From contig CAWDXG010000001.1 in the NCBI GenBank assembly GCA_963806225.1, forward strand, positions 1,184,001 to 1,248,000: DNA of 64,000 bases, given 5' to 3'. Positions 51,329-61,897 of the stretch are shown piece by piece. The notes below the pieces were generated by a model that was not told the origin of the DNA, made no database searches, and saw nothing but the letters and a program-made list of their open reading frames with translations. The first letter of the stretch is position 1. Every line of letters begins with the position of its first letter. This DNA is from an uncultured delta proteobacterium. GTDB lineage: Bacteria; Myxococcota_A; Polyangia; Polyangiales; Polyangiaceae. A program made the position numbers and the translations under genes.

Positions 51329-52185
51329 GCGGCGAAGGCCGCTTCGATCGCCTTCACGTCGTCGCTGTCGAGCTCCATGTTGCCGGCCGCGGCGCTGTCC
51401 GTGATGCTCTCGGGACGGCGCGCGCCCACGATGGCGACGAGCTGCGGGCTCTTGGCGAGCAGCCACGCGATCACCAGCCGATACGGCGACACGCGGCGTT
51501 TGCGCGCCTCGTCGGCCAGCTTGCCCAGCGTGCCCAGCGTCGGCGCGCCGAGCGTGCCGCCGAAGGGCGAGTAGGCGATGAACAGGAGGCGATGACGCGT
51601 GCAGTAGTCGAGCACGCCGTCCTTTTCCGGACGGCGGTCATTCGGGTTGTAGCGGTTCTGCACGCTGACGATGGGCACGATCTTCCGCGCCTCCTCGATC
51701 TGCGCCACGGTCACGTTCGAGAGGCCCACCTGCTTGACCTTGCCCTGTTCGCGCAGCTTGGCCAGCGCGCCCACGCTGTCGGCAAACGGTACGTGCGAGT
51801 CGGGTGCGTGCAGCTGGAGCAGGTCGAGCGCGTCCACTTCGAGCGCGCGCAGGCTCTTCTCGGCCGCCTCCAGCAGGTATTCGGGTCGAGCGTCCACGGT
51901 CCAGGCGCCGCGCGGCCGCCTGACCGCGCACTTGGTCGCGATCGTGACCTCCTCGGGGCGATCCTTGAGCGCCTGGGCGATCAGCTTCTCGTTGTGGTTG
52001 AAGTCGCCGTCGTCCAGACAATAGGCGTCCGCGGTGTCGATGAACGTCACGCCGGCGTCGAGCGCCGCGTGAATCGTCGCGAGCCCCTGATCCTCCGGCG
52101 GCCGCCCACTGATGCTGAGCAGCATCCCTCCGAGACCGACGGCACTGACAATCGGACCGGCATCCCCCAGCTTGCGCGGCTGCAT
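51325..52185 (-). CDS. Aldo/keto reductase
   Basis: G.TFIDTADAY, IATK, SL..L....DL..LH.PD, GKVK.VGLSN, SVQNRYN. Confidence 0.93.
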   Translation of the reverse strand: MQPRKLGDAGPIVSAVGLGGMLLSISGRPPEDQGLATIHAALDAGVTFIDTADAYCLDDGDFNHNEKLIAQALKDRPEEVTIATKCAVRRPRGAWTVDARPEYLLEAAEKSLRALEVDALDLLQLHAPDSHVPFADSVGALAKLREQGKVKQVGLSNVTVAQIEEARKIVPIVSVQNRYNPNDRRPEKDGVLDYCTRHRLLFIAYSPFGGTLGAPTLGTLGKLADEARKRRVSPYRLVIAWLLAKSPQLVAIVGARRPESITDSAAAGNMELDSDDVKAIEAAFAA

Positions 52186-52231
52186 GCCGCCAGCATACCG
52201 CGAATTCAGCCCGCGCGTGCGGCTCTGCCGC

Positions 52232-53005
52232 TCAACCCGGCAGCTTCTTCCAGAAGAAGCCGCGCTCGACGCGATCCTGGCGGAATGCGGCCAGCCGATC
52301 GAAGTCCAGCTCGTGCACTGCCACGACCCGGTCGCCGATTGGCGCGAACAGCCGCGAGGGCTCGACCAGCGTGGGATCCGCGAAACCGCCCACGCCGCTG
52401 GCGCTCAGCTCCGGAAGCCGGGAGGGATAGCCCCAGTCGCTGACGCCGACGTACGCGCCGAATTCGTAGGCCCGCGCCACGGCCAGGTGTCGCCACAGCG
52501 CGCGCGAGTAGTCCGGCGTGGACTTGCGCGTGACGCTGAGCGCCGGCACGAGCACGACGTCCGGCAGTCGCTCGGCGCGCGCGAACAGATCCGAGAACCA
52601 GAAGTCCGCGCAGATGAGCACCAGCACGTGTCGCCCCGCGATCTCGATCTCGCCGAGCTCGCTGCCGGGGCCGACCCAGCTGCGTTCGTTCGCGTAGGGG
52701 CGCTGCTTGTCGTAACGGCCGATGACACGCCCTTCCGGGTCCATCACGAGCCCGGAGTTCACGGCGCCCGAGGCGCGCTCTTCGTGATGCGAGCCGCCGA
52801 CCACGTGGCAACCGAGCGAGCGCGCCAGCTCGCTCATCTCCCGCTCGTAGCCGGCGCGCATACCCATGGGTTCGAAGCGCTCGGGTAGGAGCACGATGTC
52901 GTCATGCGCGAACTCGACCGGCGCGCTGGAGAGGGCACTCCTGACCCGCTCGAGGTTCTCCTCGTCGGCGTGGCTGAGCTGGGGTTGGAGCAGGACGAGC
53001 TTCAT
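52232..53005 (-). CDS. Carbon-nitrogen hydrolase (nitrilase family)
   Basis: E-K-C triad: LLPE, YDKQRP, LICAD. Confidence 0.82.
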   Translation of the reverse strand: MKLVLLQPQLSHADEENLERVRSALSSAPVEFAHDDIVLLPERFEPMGMRAGYEREMSELARSLGCHVVGGSHHEERASGAVNSGLVMDPEGRVIGRYDKQRPYANERSWVGPGSELGEIEIAGRHVLVLICADFWFSDLFARAERLPDVVLVPALSVTRKSTPDYSRALWRHLAVARAYEFGAYVGVSDWGYPSRLPELSASGVGGFADPTLVEPSRLFAPIGDRVVAVHELDFDRLAAFRQDRVERGFFWKKLPG

Positions 53006-53063
53006 GGTGGTACCTCGGGTGGAGCCCTTGCTCCGGAGCCCACTCTGCCATAGCCCTGGGAAA

Positions 53064-53564
53064 GTGCAGGCCGGCAAACAGCTCGACTGGGTCTTTGCGT
53101 ACGGATCGAACATGGATCTGGACGATCTGTGCCGTTGGCTGGAGCAGCGGGGACACCCCGAGCCGCGCGTGGCGCGCGTCGAGGTGGCGTTCCTGAGCGA
53201 CTTCCGGCTGGTGTGGAACTACCGCTCGGGTGCGCGCCGGGGCGGCGCCGCCAACGTCGAGCCCGCCGAAGGCAACGAGCTGCCCGGCCTTGCGCTCCAG
53301 GTCGACGCACCCACGCTGGCCGGTATCGACCTGAAGGAAGGCCATCCCCACCGCTACCGCCGCGGTCCGAAGCGCGTCCCGGTCCGTCTCGAAAGCGGCG
53401 GGCTCGAGCGCGCGTGGCTCTACGTCGTCTTGCCGGAGTTCACGCTTGGCGAGCTCGTCCCCCCGCGCCGCGCGTATCTCGAGCTCCTGCTCGCCGCAGC
53501 GGAGCGTCATGCGTTCCCCGCGTGGTACGTCGCCGAGCTCGGCCGAACGCCGACCGTGGATTGA
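53064..53564 (+). CDS. Gamma-glutamylcyclotransferase (AIG2-like) family protein
   Basis: FAYGSNM, G.ANV.P, ID.KEG.P..Y, P...YL. Confidence 0.82.
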   Translation: MQAGKQLDWVFAYGSNMDLDDLCRWLEQRGHPEPRVARVEVAFLSDFRLVWNYRSGARRGGAANVEPAEGNELPGLALQVDAPTLAGIDLKEGHPHRYRRGPKRVPVRLESGGLERAWLYVVLPEFTLGELVPPRRAYLELLLAAAERHAFPAWYVAELGRTPTVD

Positions 53565-53746
53565 TGCCCCGCTCGGGGCCCTGCGCGCGGAGGTGCCGTC
53601 GGCTGCCCGATCGTGCTCGCCAAGCCGAGATGACGCGCTGACGCCAGCCACCGCGGAAAATTCCACGCACTGCGGCACGCGCTCGGCGCGGCGTCGTAGC
53701 CGGGGCGTCACGCTTCCTGTAATCTGCACCGAACCGGAGGTGTGCC

Positions 53747-54811
53747 GTGGTGCTTTACGATCGAGTCGCCCGCTCTTTTTCCATATTGTCCGTACCGCTG
53801 CTCGCGGGGCTGTTTGCCGTGGCGGGGTGCGGTGGATCGACGAGCGACACGTCGGGCGGCTCCGGGGGCAGTGCCGGCACCGCGGCGGGCGGCGCGGATG
53901 CGGGGAACAGCGGCGGCAGTGGCGCGGGCGGGGGTAGCGCCGGAAGCGGCGGAAGCGGCATCGGCGGCGCGGGCGGCGCGACCGCGAAGAAGTGCTTTGC
54001 CGGCATCGAGAACGGCATCGTCTACGTCAACTACGACCAGTTCCACCCGGTCATCAACTCCACCTGCAGCGGCACCAACCACCAGGACATCCAGGGCGTC
54101 GAGAAGCTGGTCTTCCTGGGCGATTCGATCACCGAGGGCACGCCGCCCACGCCCGCCTCGGGCTTCTACCGGACCCTCGTCACCAACAACATGAAGAAGA
54201 AGTTCGGCCAGAACCTCGAGGTGGCCGACTGCGCCAAGTGGGGCGCCAGGGACGGCGACCTCGCCGGCCAGATCCAGAAGTGCTTCCCCACCACCCCCGA
54301 GCCGAAGAAGACGCTGACCGTCTTCACCATGGGCGGCAACGACCTGGCGGACATGGCCAAGAACCATCTCGACGTGACGGCCGCCACGGCCCAGGCCGAT
54401 CAGGCCATCGCCGACACGCGCTCGGCCGTCGAGTGGCTCAAGGATCCGAAGAACTTCCCCAACGGCTCCTATGTCGTCTTCGCCAACGTGTACGAGTACA
54501 CCGACCTCAGCGCGAACCTCGATTCGTGCCCGCTCGCCAGCACTGCCGGCCTGAGCGGTACCTGGCAGACGGGCGTCTCGATCCTCACCCACGTCGACGA
54601 GCAGTACATGAAGATCGCGGTCGACACGCAGAGCGACATGATTTTCATGGAGGAAAGCTTCTGCGGCCACGGCTACGAGAACACCGACAAGAGCCTGCAG
54701 TGCTACCGCGGCCCGAACACCGAGCGCTGGTTCGACCTGACCTGCATCCACCCGACGCCCAAGGGCCACAGCGTCATCGCGGATCTTTTCACGAAGACGA
54801 TCGAGGAGTAG
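53747..54811 (+). CDS. SGNH/GDSL hydrolase lipoprotein
   Basis: VAGC lipobox, Gly-rich linker, FLGDSIT, GGND, CIHP. Confidence 0.85.
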   Translation: MVLYDRVARSFSILSVPLLAGLFAVAGCGGSTSDTSGGSGGSAGTAAGGADAGNSGGSGAGGGSAGSGGSGIGGAGGATAKKCFAGIENGIVYVNYDQFHPVINSTCSGTNHQDIQGVEKLVFLGDSITEGTPPTPASGFYRTLVTNNMKKKFGQNLEVADCAKWGARDGDLAGQIQKCFPTTPEPKKTLTVFTMGGNDLADMAKNHLDVTAATAQADQAIADTRSAVEWLKDPKNFPNGSYVVFANVYEYTDLSANLDSCPLASTAGLSGTWQTGVSILTHVDEQYMKIAVDTQSDMIFMEESFCGHGYENTDKSLQCYRGPNTERWFDLTCIHPTPKGHSVIADLFTKTIEE

Positions 54812-54844
54812 CCGGGCGAACGCCGTCGCTGCCCGTCGGTCGCG

Positions 54845-55324
54845 TCAGCTGCTTTCGACGGGGTAGCCCTTCTTCTCCCAGTCGGTGCGGAAGTTCGTGG
54901 GCAGATCGAGCAGCTTGAAGTCCTTGCGGCCGGAGGCGTGCAGGGCCTTGTTCGCCGGGTGCACGTTGGGGCAGTTGCGGTACGGGCAGCAGCCGCAGTA
55001 GACGACGATCTGCTTGTCCTTCGGCGTTGCGGCGATCGCCTTGACCAGCGCCTGGTAGCCCGCGTCGGTACCGGCTTCGCCGAGCGCGCGGGCGCCGGGC
55101 ACGTGCGCGTGCTGGAAGAGGACCGACGGTCCGACGTGGAGGACGACGGTGCGGCCCGCCTTCACGTCGTCGAGATGCTTCACGAGCTCGGCGGGCTCCA
55201 GCATCGGCCCGAGTCGCTGGGCGGCGGGCGTCGCGCTCGTCTGCTCCGCGGCGGAGTGGCGATCACAGGCTACGGCCACGGCCGCGACGGTCGCGGCGAG
55301 CATCGTTCGTCGGGTCAGTTCCAC
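54845..55324 (-). CDS. Rhodanese-like domain lipoprotein
   Basis: TRR leader with AVAC lipobox; HVPGA and IVVYCGCC motifs. Confidence 0.78.
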   Translation of the reverse strand: MELTRRTMLAATVAAVAVACDRHSAAEQTSATPAAQRLGPMLEPAELVKHLDDVKAGRTVVLHVGPSVLFQHAHVPGARALGEAGTDAGYQALVKAIAATPKDKQIVVYCGCCPYRNCPNVHPANKALHASGRKDFKLLDLPTNFRTDWEKKGYPVESS

Positions 55325-55587
55325 GCTTCATCCTCCGGACTGGATTGCGGGGAGTATGAGCCCGAAAACCCTGGAACGGTTCGTGTGTAGCCAAATGGCA
55401 CAATTGTGTGACATTTTGCTACGTTCCGGGACCCTCGCGGGCGCGGAGCGCACGCAGGAGGGACCCGGCGCGCGGAGCGGTAGCGAGCACGCCGGCGCTG
55501 GCGCGTCGTGGCGCGACGGGGGAGCAACCCTGCTCGCACAGGGCCCCTGGGTATTTCCGGCCCCGTGGTAGAATCGATTGTTTTTGT

Positions 55588-56925
55588 ATGGTTGACGGTT
55601 CGGAGCACCCCTCCAAAACGCTCGATGCTGGCGACCTCGTCGGCGGCATCTATCGCATCCGCGCCGTGCTCGGCGAGGGAGGGATGGGGAAGATCTTCGA
55701 CGCCACCGACGAAGTGCTGCAGCGTCGAGTGGCGGTCAAGCTGCCGCTGAACGAGGAGGGCAGCAACGCTCTGGTGCACGAAGCGCGCGCGCTGGCGGCT
55801 CTGGAGCATCCCCACCTGCCCATGGTGTACGGCGTGGCGAAGCACGGCGAGCTGCACTGCGTGGTGATGGAGCGCCTGCGCGGCGAGTCGCTCGAGCAAC
55901 AGCTCCAGGCGCGCATCGCGCGCCGCGAACCGTACAGCCTGCACGCGCTGCTGCCGCTGCTCAAGACGATCGCCGACGCGCTGCACGCGATCCACGAGGC
56001 CGGCATCCTGCACCGCGACATCAAGCCCGACAACGTGATGATGGTTCCGGGGCGCGGGCCCGTGTTGATCGACTTCGGTCTGGTCCTTCCCCACGCCAGC
56101 ATCGACGAAAGCCAGACCTCGGCGGGGTCGCCCTACTACATCGCCCCCGAGGCGATCCAGGGCGGCGTGACGCGCAGCAACGGCCGTCAGGTGGATCTGT
56201 ATTCCTTCGGTGTGATGGCCTACGAGCTTCTGACCGGCGCTCCGCCGTTCGACGCCGACGACCTTCCGGGGCTGCTCCGGATGCACATGGACGCGCCCCG
56301 ACCCGACGTGCGGCTGCGGCGTCCCGACGCTCCGGCGGATCTCGCCGCGTTGATCTCGGAGCTTATTGCCAAGGAAGCCGGCCAGCGTCCCGAGTCCGCC
56401 GAGGAAGTCGGCTGGCGGCTCGACCACATCCTGAAGCAGCTGGCGCAGCTCGACGGGAGTTGGGACGAAAGCGTGGTCGTTCTCACGCAGATCGGGCCGC
56501 TCGCCGAGGGGATTCGCGACGACATCAACCGCTGGGTCCGTGCCTCGGAGGTCCACATCTTCGAAGACGCCAGCAAGGCGCTCGTCCACCTCGAGCAGAA
56601 GCAGCCGCGGCTCCTGCTGCTCGACACGAAGCTCCAGGGGATGACCGCCGCAGAGCTCTTGATGCACGTCCAGGGCCTCGAGCTCACCTCGACAGTCGTC
56701 GCGCTCTCGCTCGATCAGCGTCCCGAGGACATCCAGGTGCTGCAGAGCATGGGCGTGATGTGCTGCCTACCGATCGGCAAGCAGCTCCCGGAGCTGCTCG
56801 AGCCAGTGGTGCACAACGTGTTCGCGGGCAGCGCGGAGGTTGGGGCCCGGGGTTCGGTTATCCCGTCAATTCCCGCCGGAAGTAGTACTCGACCGTCTCG
56901 CTCAGGTCGAACAACTCGCGGGTGA
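55588..56925 (+). CDS. Ser/Thr protein kinase with C-terminal receiver-like domain
   Basis: LGEGGMG, VAVK, HRDIKPDN, DFG, GSPYYIAPE; tail PRLLLLD..L.GM.A.EL. Confidence 0.88.
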   Translation: MVDGSEHPSKTLDAGDLVGGIYRIRAVLGEGGMGKIFDATDEVLQRRVAVKLPLNEEGSNALVHEARALAALEHPHLPMVYGVAKHGELHCVVMERLRGESLEQQLQARIARREPYSLHALLPLLKTIADALHAIHEAGILHRDIKPDNVMMVPGRGPVLIDFGLVLPHASIDESQTSAGSPYYIAPEAIQGGVTRSNGRQVDLYSFGVMAYELLTGAPPFDADDLPGLLRMHMDAPRPDVRLRRPDAPADLAALISELIAKEAGQRPESAEEVGWRLDHILKQLAQLDGSWDESVVVLTQIGPLAEGIRDDINRWVRASEVHIFEDASKALVHLEQKQPRLLLLDTKLQGMTAAELLMHVQGLELTSTVVALSLDQRPEDIQVLQSMGVMCCLPIGKQLPELLEPVVHNVFAGSAEVGARGSVIPSIPAGSSTRPSRSGRTTRG

Positions 56926-57344
56926 CGCCGTTGCGCTCGAAGCCGCGGTTTTCGTAGAAACGGTGAGCCGTCTCGAACTTGGTGTCGCTCCACAGATCGA
57001 TGAAGCGCGCGCCGCGGGCGCGGGCCTCGGCGACGACTGAGATCGGTGAGGCGGCTGCCCAGACCGCTCTTGCGTTCACTCGCGGAGACGTAGAGCTTCT
57101 TCAGCTCGATGCCGCCCGGGTCGTGTGCCGGCGTGAGCCCGACGCAGCCGACGACGCGGCCCTGCCGCTCGGCGATCCAGAAGCGACCATTCCACTCGGC
57201 AAACGAGGTCGCGATGTGGCGGAGCTCCGGGATCTCCTCGTCGACGGCCAGCACGCAGTTCGGGTATTCGGCGAAGACCGAGCCGACGAGCTCGATCAGT
57301 CCCGCTTCGTCGCTATCGCGCGCATCGCGGATCGTCGCTGCCAC
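56858..57344 (-). pseudogene. GNAT N-acetyltransferase, frameshift at ~57045 (possible sequencing error)
   Basis: FWIAE.QG.VVGCVG...ELKKLYV....RKSGLG, continuing in another frame as AR.RG...I.LW.D.....A.RFYE..GF. Confidence 0.78.
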
Positions 57345-57652
57345 CCTGTCCCGATACAATGCGGCCCGGGGGCAGCGAAAGGGACAAGGAAGCGGCGGAC
57401 AGAAAGAAGAAGCACCAAGGAAGGAAGCGCGGCTTCCAAGCAAGACCGCGCAGGGCGCGGTAGGAACTCAGGCGAGCGCGGGCGTCGGAAGAAGCAGGCG
57501 CGCGAGCAATTTCCGGAGTCGTCGCATGATTTGACCTCCGTTCGGCGGGGGCTATGCCCCCCATCAGCGCGAATGTGTGCTGATGTGTGCCGCCGGACTA
57601 CACGAACCGGGCCCAGAACACAAGTTTTTCAGGCTAACCTCGGCCCGCGAAG

Positions 57653-58705
57653 ATGACGAACGCCGGTCCGCGCATCCTGGTTGTCGGCTGTGGCGCCATT
57701 GGCGGCGTCATCTGTGGGCATCTGCTTGATCTCGGTCACGACGTGACGCCGCTGACCACGAACGCCGCGATCGCCGCTGCGCTCCGGGAGCGCGGCTTCG
57801 TCCTTGGCGGCGAGGAAGCGCCGCCCGTCACGCGGCCTGCGCGGGTGCTCGAACGGCTCGACGAGTCGGTCGCGCCGTTCGACTACGTGCTGCTCGCCAC
57901 GCAGCCGCCGCAGGTCGAACAAGCCGCCGGGAGCGCGGCGCCCTGGCTTGGCGCGGGCGGGCGCATGGTCTGCTTCCAGAACGGTCTGTGCGAGGAACGC
58001 GTCGCGAAGCTCGTCGGCGCGGACCGCGTGATCGGAGCGGTCGTCGCCTGGGGCGCGTCCATGCTGGAGCCGGGGGTGTACGAGCGCACGTCGTCCGGCG
58101 GGTTCTCGCTGGGGCGACTCGACGGCAGCACGGACGAGCCGCTCGAACAGCTCTCGCGTGCGCTCGAAGCGATCGGGCCCGTCACGATCACCTCGAACCT
58201 GCTCGGCGCGCGCTGGAGCAAGCTGGCGATCAACTGCGCGATCTCCACGCTCGGCACGATAGGCGGCGATCGGCTCGGCACGTTGATGCGCCAGCGTCAC
58301 GTGCGGCGCCTCGCGCTGGAGGTGATGACGGAGGTCGTGGCCGTAGCGCGCGCGGAAGGCGTGAAGCTCGAGAAGGTGTCGGGCACGCTCGATCTCGACT
58401 GGATCGCGCTGACCGACGCGGAACGCGCGGCCGGCGGCTCGCCCGGGCTGTTCGCCAAGCACAGCCTGCTTCTGGCCGTGGGCGCGCGCTACCGGCGGCT
58501 GCGCTCGAGCATGCTGGCGGCGATCGAGCGCGGTCGCCCGCCGTCCGTCGATTTCCTGAACGGCGAGGTGGTCGAACGGGCCGTGCGTCATGGCATCGAC
58601 GTGCCGGTGAACCAGCGAGCGCGCGATCTGGTCTGGGCCATCGCCCGGGGCGAAAAGCAGGCCTCGCACGCCACGCTGCGCGGTCTGTTCGACGGGACGC
58701 GCTGA
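57653..58705 (+). CDS. panE: 2-dehydropantoate 2-reductase (ketopantoate reductase)
   Basis: GCGAIGG, FQNGL, WSKL..N, SSML....RGR...VD.LNG. Confidence 0.85.
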   Translation: MTNAGPRILVVGCGAIGGVICGHLLDLGHDVTPLTTNAAIAAALRERGFVLGGEEAPPVTRPARVLERLDESVAPFDYVLLATQPPQVEQAAGSAAPWLGAGGRMVCFQNGLCEERVAKLVGADRVIGAVVAWGASMLEPGVYERTSSGGFSLGRLDGSTDEPLEQLSRALEAIGPVTITSNLLGARWSKLAINCAISTLGTIGGDRLGTLMRQRHVRRLALEVMTEVVAVARAEGVKLEKVSGTLDLDWIALTDAERAAGGSPGLFAKHSLLLAVGARYRRLRSSMLAAIERGRPPSVDFLNGEVVERAVRHGIDVPVNQRARDLVWAIARGEKQASHATLRGLFDGTR

Positions 58706-58779
58706 TCGAGCGGGTGCGACGCCTCCGCCACGGGCGCGACGTGCACGACGCGGCGGCCTCTGGTATGGGGCGGGGCGTC

Positions 58780-59385
58780 ATGCCTGTTTTCCGCCCGCGC
58801 GCCCTGCTCGCGCTCTTTGTTGTTTCCCTGTCGCTCACGCTGGCTTGCAGCAAGAAGCCCGTCGACCAGACCCTGCCGAAGCTGGGGAAGATCGGCGCGT
58901 TCTCCCTCACCGATCAGTCTGGAAAGAAGTTCTCGGCGGCGGAACTGCACGGCAAGGTGTGGGTGGCGGCCTTCTTCTTCACGCGCTGCCGAAGCGCCTG
59001 CCCGATCATCTCGCACCGTCTGCGCGCCCTGCAGAAGCAGGAGGACAAGCTGGGCGGGCACGTGCACCTGGTGAGTTTCAGCGTCGATCCGGAAAACGAC
59101 ACGCCCGCGGTGATGACCGCCTACGCGAAGCAGTACCACGCGAACCTGTCGAACTGGTCGTTCCTCACCGGGGACTACGACGGGATCAAGAAGCTTGCCG
59201 GCGATTTCAAGATGGCGCTCGAAGGCGACTCGAAGAAGGGCGCGAGCGGAATGCAGCTGACGCACGCCTCGCAGCTCGGCCTCGTCGACGGCAACATGCA
59301 GCTCCGCGGCTACTACAGCACCAAGAGCGACGCCGACATGAAGAAGCTCGCGAGCGACGCGCTGCGGCTGTCGAACGGCTCGTAG
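58780..59385 (+). CDS. SCO1/SenC family copper chaperone lipoprotein
   Basis: LAC lipobox, F.LTDQ.G, FFFTRCxxxCP, SVDPE.DTP, W.FLTG, H...L.LVD. Confidence 0.9.
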   Translation: MPVFRPRALLALFVVSLSLTLACSKKPVDQTLPKLGKIGAFSLTDQSGKKFSAAELHGKVWVAAFFFTRCRSACPIISHRLRALQKQEDKLGGHVHLVSFSVDPENDTPAVMTAYAKQYHANLSNWSFLTGDYDGIKKLAGDFKMALEGDSKKGASGMQLTHASQLGLVDGNMQLRGYYSTKSDADMKKLASDALRLSNGS

Positions 59386-59424
59386 CGGCGGCGGCGCGCG
59401 CTACCCGACGGCCGGCGCGGGGCC

Positions 59425-60150
59425 CTAGTAGTACGCGAGCAGCGCGGCGGAGAGGCCGGACGAGGTGAGCTTGGTACTCTGCTTGGTGGACTGGGGTAGG
59501 TCCGAGGACGAGCTGCCGCCGAGGCCCAGGTCGAGGTACGGGCCGAGGAGGAAGGCGACGTGCTTCATGGGCGAGATGCCGAGCATGGCCTCGATGTCGA
59601 GCTGGGTGAGGTTGGTGCTCGCGGTGCCGTAGACCTGCGCGCCGCTGGCGTCGTGGCCGCTGACGGACGTGCTCTCGTGGGCGTAGGTGAACGCGGCGCG
59701 TGGCCAGATGCTGAAGGTGTCGTCGAAGGCGTAGGCGTAGCCGACGCGGGGGCTGATCAGGAACAGCTTCTGCGTGGGACCGCCCGACGGGGCGTCGCTC
59801 ATGTACGAGACGGAGCCGCCCAGGCTGAGGCCGTCGATGACGAAGTAGTCGAAGCCGGCACGGGGGGTGGTGCTGAGCGAAGCCCCGAAGTTTCCGAGGA
59901 AGGCGAAGTGCGTGACCTTGTCGGTGGACGCGTTCTCGTGGCCGGTCCGATCGAAGAACAGCCCCGTGATGCGCTCGATGGCGATAGTGAACTGCCCCGC
60001 GTTGCCGATGTTGTCGACGCCGCTCGGATAGCTGGGCACGGCGGGGCGGTAGGTGCCGGTGGAGTAGCCGCCGGAATAGCCCTGTGCCGACGCCGCGGTG
60101 GCGGCCAGCAGGACGCCCGTTCCGACCAGAGTGCCGAGAGACCGTTTCAT
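59425..60150 (-). CDS. Outer-membrane beta-barrel protein
   Basis: Signal peptide (ASA-Q), alternating beta-strands (GFDYFV, PRVGYA), C-terminal aromatic residue. Confidence 0.72.
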   Translation of the reverse strand: MKRSLGTLVGTGVLLAATAASAQGYSGGYSTGTYRPAVPSYPSGVDNIGNAGQFTIAIERITGLFFDRTGHENASTDKVTHFAFLGNFGASLSTTPRAGFDYFVIDGLSLGGSVSYMSDAPSGGPTQKLFLISPRVGYAYAFDDTFSIWPRAAFTYAHESTSVSGHDASGAQVYGTASTNLTQLDIEAMLGISPMKHVAFLLGPYLDLGLGGSSSSDLPQSTKQSTKLTSSGLSAALLAYY

Positions 60151-60203
60151 CTTGTCCTCCTGGGGATCGCTTCGGCGCATCCCATTCCGGACGGAGGGAT
60201 TTG

Positions 60204-61295
60204 TCAATCGCGGGGGATGATCGCCTCGAGCCGGGCGACGCGCTCGTCGAGCGTGGCCATGTCGGGCGCCCGCACTGTGACGTGCCCGACCTTGCGGCCG
60301 GGGCGCGGCTGCTTGGCGTAGAAGTGCAGGTGGGCGTCGGGGACCGCGAGCACATCTTCGCGCCGCGGGAGCACACCGACCAGATTCAACATCGCGACCG
60401 GCTCCGCGACGCTGGTGTCGCCGAGGGGCAGCCCGAGGATGGCGCGCAGGTGGTTCTCGAACTGGCTGGTGCGCGCGCCCTCGATGGTGAGGTGTCCGGA
60501 GTTGTGCACGCGCGGTGCCATCTCGTTGGCGAGCAGCTGGCCGCCGGCTTCGAATAGCTCCAGCGCGAGCACTCCGACGTAGCCCATGTGGTCGAGCAGC
60601 TTGACGGCGTAGGCCTCGGCGCGCTTCTGCTGTTCTGGAGCGAGCGCCGGCGCGGGCGCGCGGCTGAAGCGCAGCATGCCGTGCTCGTGGTGGTTCTCGA
60701 CCAGTGGATAGAAGACGGTAGCGCCGTCGAGGCCGCGCACCGAGAGCACGCTCAGCTCGCGCTCGAAGCCCACGAAGCCCTCCAGGATCAGCGGCACACC
60801 CCCGAGCTCGAGCCAGGCGGAGTCGATGTCGCCGGGCTCGCGTAGCAACCACTGCCCTTTGCCGTCGTAGCCGTGGCGGCGCGTCTTGAGCACGGCGGGC
60901 AGGCCTATCTCCGTGATGGCCGCACGCAGCTCGTGCTCGCTGTCCACGGCCGCGAACGGAGGCGTCGGGATTCCGAGCTCACGGAAGCAGAGCTTCTCGT
61001 TCAGGCGATCCTGCGCGATGCCGAGCGCTCCGGGTGTGGGGTGGACCGGCGTGCTGCGCTGGATGGCGCGCGCGGCCTCTTCGGGGACGCTCTCGAACTC
61101 GTAGGTGCACACGTCGGAGCGGGCGAGCTCTGCCAGCGCCGCGTCATCGTCGTAGTCCGCGAGGACGTGCTTGGCGAGCTGGCCCGCCGGCGCGTCGGCG
61201 GCCGGATCGAGCACCACGAAACGCAGGCCGAGCGGAAGTCCGGCGAGTGCGAGCATGCGCCCGAGCTGACCGCCGCCGAGGATCCCGACCTTCAC
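60204..61295 (-). CDS. purK: N5-CAIR synthetase
   Basis: [44 protein letters not shown]. Confidence 0.96.
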   Translation of the reverse strand: MKVGILGGGQLGRMLALAGLPLGLRFVVLDPAADAPAGQLAKHVLADYDDDAALAELARSDVCTYEFESVPEEAARAIQRSTPVHPTPGALGIAQDRLNEKLCFRELGIPTPPFAAVDSEHELRAAITEIGLPAVLKTRRHGYDGKGQWLLREPGDIDSAWLELGGVPLILEGFVGFERELSVLSVRGLDGATVFYPLVENHHEHGMLRFSRAPAPALAPEQQKRAEAYAVKLLDHMGYVGVLALELFEAGGQLLANEMAPRVHNSGHLTIEGARTSQFENHLRAILGLPLGDTSVAEPVAMLNLVGVLPRREDVLAVPDAHLHFYAKQPRPGRKVGHVTVRAPDMATLDERVARLEAIIPRD

Positions 61296-61801
61296 GGCGC
61301 TCTGGGGTCGGGCTTGTCGATAACGCCCTGCGTCTGCCGCTCGCGGAAGCTGCGGAGCGCGGCCCCGAGCGCGGGGTACGTCCCTGCGAGCATGGCCGTG
61401 GCGAGCAGTGCGGCGTTGACGGCGCCGGCGCGACCGATGGCGAGCGTACCGACCGGCACGCCAGCGGGCATCTGCACGATCGAGAGCAGCGAGTCTAGGC
61501 CGCTGAGGGCCTTGCTCTGCACGGGCACGCCGAGCACCGGCAGCGTGGTCTTGGCGGCGACCATCCCGGGCAGGTGCGCCGCGCCGCCCGCGCCGGCAAT
61601 GATGATGCGCAGCCCGCGGGCTTCTGCGCCCTCGGCGTATTCGAAGAGCAGGTCGGGGGTGCGATGGGCGGACACGACGCGTACCTCGTACGCGACGCCG
61701 AGCTCTTCGAGCGTCTCGACGGCGTGACGGAGCGTTTCCCAGTCGCTCCGGGAGCCCATGATCACGCCTACGAGCGGCTTGTCGGTCGTCGGGTCAGCCA
61801 A
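61292..61801 (-). CDS. purE: N5-CAIR mutase
   Basis: [38 protein letters not shown]. Confidence 0.96.
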   Translation of the reverse strand: MADPTTDKPLVGVIMGSRSDWETLRHAVETLEELGVAYEVRVVSAHRTPDLLFEYAEGAEARGLRIIIAGAGGAAHLPGMVAAKTTLPVLGVPVQSKALSGLDSLLSIVQMPAGVPVGTLAIGRAGAVNAALLATAMLAGTYPALGAALRSFRERQTQGVIDKPDPRAP

Positions 61802-61897
61802 GGGGCGACAATCTACCCGTTCTTCCGGGCGCGTGGAAACCCCGGTCGGTGCATGACCGGTCGACAAGGCCGGGCAACCGTCTACCCTTGGCGGAAC

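Noticed and set aside
55395..55412. Sigma-54 promoter (TGGCAC...)
   Set aside because: The -12 TTGC element is missing at the required spacing.
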